64,000 nucleotides of DNA from Chrysomallon squamiferum (Eukaryota > Animalia > Mollusca), in NCBI GenBank assembly GCA_012295275.1, contig CM022677.1, positions 7,006,001 to 7,070,000 on the forward strand, written 5' to 3'. The notes below the pieces were generated by a model. The model was given only the letters and a program-made list of their open reading frames with translations. It searched no databases and was not told the origin of the DNA. The stretch's first letter is position 1; each line of letters begins with the position of its first letter. Below are positions 53,515 through 64,000 of this stretch, in pieces. The position numbers and the translations under genes were made by a program.

Positions 53515-55085
53515 GCTGAGTGAGTACATCTCACGTAAGGCTAAAGTTGCGAGCACATATCACTAAAGAGAGATAACTCTAATCGATATAATTTTTACTT
53601 TATTTAGTGAGTACATGTCACGTAAGGGAGATAACTGTAATCGATACAATTTTCACTTTGCTTAGTGAGTACATCTCACATAAGGGACATAACTCTAATC
53701 TATGTTTGTGAACACATATCACTAAAGGGAGATAAGTCTAATCGATATAATTTTTAATTTGTTTACTGAGTACATCTCATGTAAGGGACCTAACTCTAAT
53801 ATATGTTTGTGAGCACATATCACTAAACTGTAATCAATATAGCCTTTACTTCGCCGAGTAAACTCCTCCCACCTCTGGTGACACATCATGGGGTATGATC
53901 CATGTTATATACAGGGTGGCCCAGATGTAACCGAACCTGAATTGTTATGGAAAGTTACAGTTAAATGAAACAAATTTGATTTCATGTAGTTACAGCAAAT
54001 GTTCAAAATGCAAACCATTATTTGTAATACGTGATGACATCGTTCAATGGTTGATTCTGTTACGTTTTTGCACATTTCAGTGATCATCGATTGAGCTTTC
54101 GGGTTCGGTTACATCTGGGCCACCCTGTATAAAGAAAGTGATGTTTCCACAATATTTCTTAGATGAATCTGGAATCGGAAAGTACTGCTGATGTCTCCAA
54201 AAACGCTGAGATTCAATCCCACGATCTCACGCACATGAACATGCTTACAAGAAACATTATAGTTTCAACTTGGTTCTGTACCTTCACAAGCTGTGTGAGG
54301 GAGGGGCACTAGGGCAGGAGGGCAGGGGCCATGCATTTTTATTTCTTAAACTTTTTTTTTTTATTGTTCTGCTGTTACAATCTTCTATTATGTGAATAAT
54401 GTTTTTATTAGAATTATTTTTTCTTAACTTCGCTGAATAATTAAATAGCATTTCTTTAGCACTGAACTAAATGAATTAAATGAAACAGAAATCTAAATTA
54501 GAAACTACATCATTATTCTTTTTTATTTCATTTTTCAAGATAACTCTAATCGATATAATTTTTACTTTGCTTAGTGAGTACATCTCACGTAAGGGACCTA
54601 ACTCTAATCTATGTTTGTGAACACATATCACTAAAGGGAGATAAGTCTAATCGATATAATTTTTAATTTGTTTACTAAGTACATCTCATGTAAGGGACCT
54701 AATCTATGTTTGTGAGCACATATCACTAAACTGTAATTAATATAGCCTTTACTTCGCCTAGTAAACTCCTCCCACCTCTGGTGACACATCACGGGATATG
54801 ACCCATGTTATATATAAAGAAAGTGATGTTTCCACAATATTTCGAAGATGAATCTGAAATCGGATTCCAAAAGTACTGCTGATGTCTCCAAAAACGCCGA
54901 GATTCAATCCCACGATCTCACACATATGAACATGCTTACAAGAAACATTAAAGTTTGAACTTGGTTCAGTACCTTCACAAGCTGTGAGGGTGGGGTACTA
55001 GGGCAGGGGGTAGGGGCAATGCGCTTTTATTTCTTAAACAATTTTTGTTATTATTGTTCTGCTGTTACAATCTTCTATATTGAAT
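53515..55085 (+). repeat. Tandem duplication (about 53625-54395 vs 54538-55080) with internal GTGAGTACATCTCAC/AAGGGA(G/C)ATAACTCT subrepeats
   Basis: Colinear near-identical copies; only the first carries the MITE. Confidence 0.9.
53912..54127 (-). mobile_element. 216-bp mariner (DD41D-type) MITE with perfect 26-bp TIRs and TA target-site duplication
   Basis: CAGGGTGGCCCAGATGTAACCGAACC at both ends, flanked by TA; empty site at 54804-54820; internal ITNNGLHFEHLL* transposase tail. Confidence 0.95.
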
Positions 55086-55204
55086 AAAAAATGTCTTAAT
55101 AATCGTTACCAGCGAATATATTCACAAATAGAGTTATTTCCCTTTAATATGAAAACGAATACTTTCTTGGATGACGTTATCTCCCGTTTCTTATATTATT
55201 TCAG

Positions 55205-55745
55205 ACAACTCTATATAGGAATATGTTCGTTTTAACCTGAATAAAAAGGGTAACTCAGATAACTCTATATAGGAATATGTTCGTTTTAACCTGAATAATC
55301 AAAGGAGAAAAATGTAACAAAGGGGACATAAAATAAGGAAAAATTGTTTTAACCTGAATAAAAGGGAAAAATGAGGGGGAAATCTAAGGGGATATATGTT
55401 CGTTTTAACCTGAATAATCAAGGAGAAAAATGTAACAAAGGGGACATAACTCTATATAGGAATATGTTCGTTTTAACCTGAATAATCAAGAGAAAAATGT
55501 AACAAAGGGGACATAACTCTATATAGGAATATGTTCGTTTTAACCTGAATAATCAAGGAGAAAAATGTAACAAAGGGGACATAACTCTATATAGGAATAT
55601 GTTCGTTTTAACCTGAATAATCAAGGAGAAAAATGTAACAAAGGGGACATAACTCTATATAGGAATATGTTGTTTTAACCTGAATAATCAAGGAGAAAAA
55701 TGTAACAAAGGGGACATATCCATATAGGCGTTCCGTTTTAACCCG
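55205..55745 (+). repeat. ~68-bp satellite running into the assembly gap
   Basis: aactctatataggaatatgttcgttttaacctgaataatcaaggagaaaaatgtaacaaaggggacat, about 7 copies. Confidence 0.9.
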
Positions 55746-55945
55746 NNNNNNNNNNNNNNNNNNNNNNNNNNNNNNNNNNNNNNNNNNNNNNNNNNNNNNN
55801 NNNNNNNNNNNNNNNNNNNNNNNNNNNNNNNNNNNNNNNNNNNNNNNNNNNNNNNNNNNNNNNNNNNNNNNNNNNNNNNNNNNNNNNNNNNNNNNNNNNN
55901 NNNNNNNNNNNNNNNNNNNNNNNNNNNNNNNNNNNNNNNNNNNNN
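55746..55945. other. Assembly gap (200 N)
   Basis: Run of N. Confidence 1.
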
Positions 55946-56729
55946 TATATGTTATAGCGTAATGCAATATGTTTCCACAACATAATAAAAATAAATCATT
56001 TGTGTCAGTGTCGAAATGAAGATACTCACGTGTATTAATAAATATTATTATTACTAATAGATACATATTATATCATAAGTGCAATATGTTTTTAGCGTCG
56101 AAATGAAGATACTTGATACAGACTATAACACGAATACAATAGACTGACCATAGTTAATCCCATTGAACCGAACTCCCACCTAGCCAAAACCCAATGTTGT
56201 TGTAATAGATTGATTTGGTTAGGTTTTTGGCTAGATGGGATGACACCCACCCTCCACTCTAACCAGTGAGTATAACACAAACAAATTATAAAGAACATAA
56301 CTTAATTACTAGTTTATTTTTATAATAACAACAACAACTACAAAAACAACAACAACAACAACAACAATAATAATAATAACAATAATAATAATAAAGTTTC
56401 CTTACCTTTGTCTTAAGAAATGAAAAAATTAACACCGGGAGAAAAATGCTCGTCTATTAGTCTGCAATGTCAGTTGTGAGTGCGGGGAAGTCGGTTATGA
56501 CAGACGACACACTGTGAGAGGAACATACCAATTCTGACAAAGAAGGGGTGGGAGCTTTGAACATTTCTGTACTCTTCTTTCTTCTGAGAAAAAAAAATAA
56601 TCGTGAAATTTTAAGTTCTTGTGGTACAGTAAACAGGAGTAAAAATAAAAAAGTTTCTCGACATATTTTGTGCACTTATTTAATTTATAAAATGCTGGAT
56701 ACAATTTATCACACATGTAGTAATAATGG

Positions 56730-64000
<7,271 letters not shown>

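Noticed and set aside
55608-56066. ORFs spanning the N run
   Set aside because: Artefacts of the assembly gap

Overview
Very AT-rich, microsatellite-rich eukaryotic (invertebrate, probably molluscan/gastropod) genomic DNA with a 200-N gap at 55746-55945. Only one gene looks intact: a minus-strand spliced gene with a signal-peptide exon (17707-17638), one 6-Cys Ig-like exon (11704-11372), a 12-nt microexon (9273-9262) and a probable hydrophobic last exon (8828-8764). The rest is decayed or repetitive. It includes minus-strand EGF/cbEGF pseudo-exons (3.5-4.7 kb), a decayed and partly duplicated CAMSAP/Patronin N-terminus with unidentified pseudo-exons (34-46 kb), many transposon relics (Ginger/KRBA2-type with an internal 21-bp array, CGGBP1-like hAT, Buster hAT, DD41D mariner plus a MITE with its empty site, Harbinger MADF, Academ, pogo-PHD, LINE pieces), several local duplications and minisatellites, and a diverged ~1-1.3 kb tandem array at 56.7-64 kb. 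Most ORFs in the supplied track are microsatellite or antisense artefacts. Family assignments come from motif recognition by eye, not database searches.
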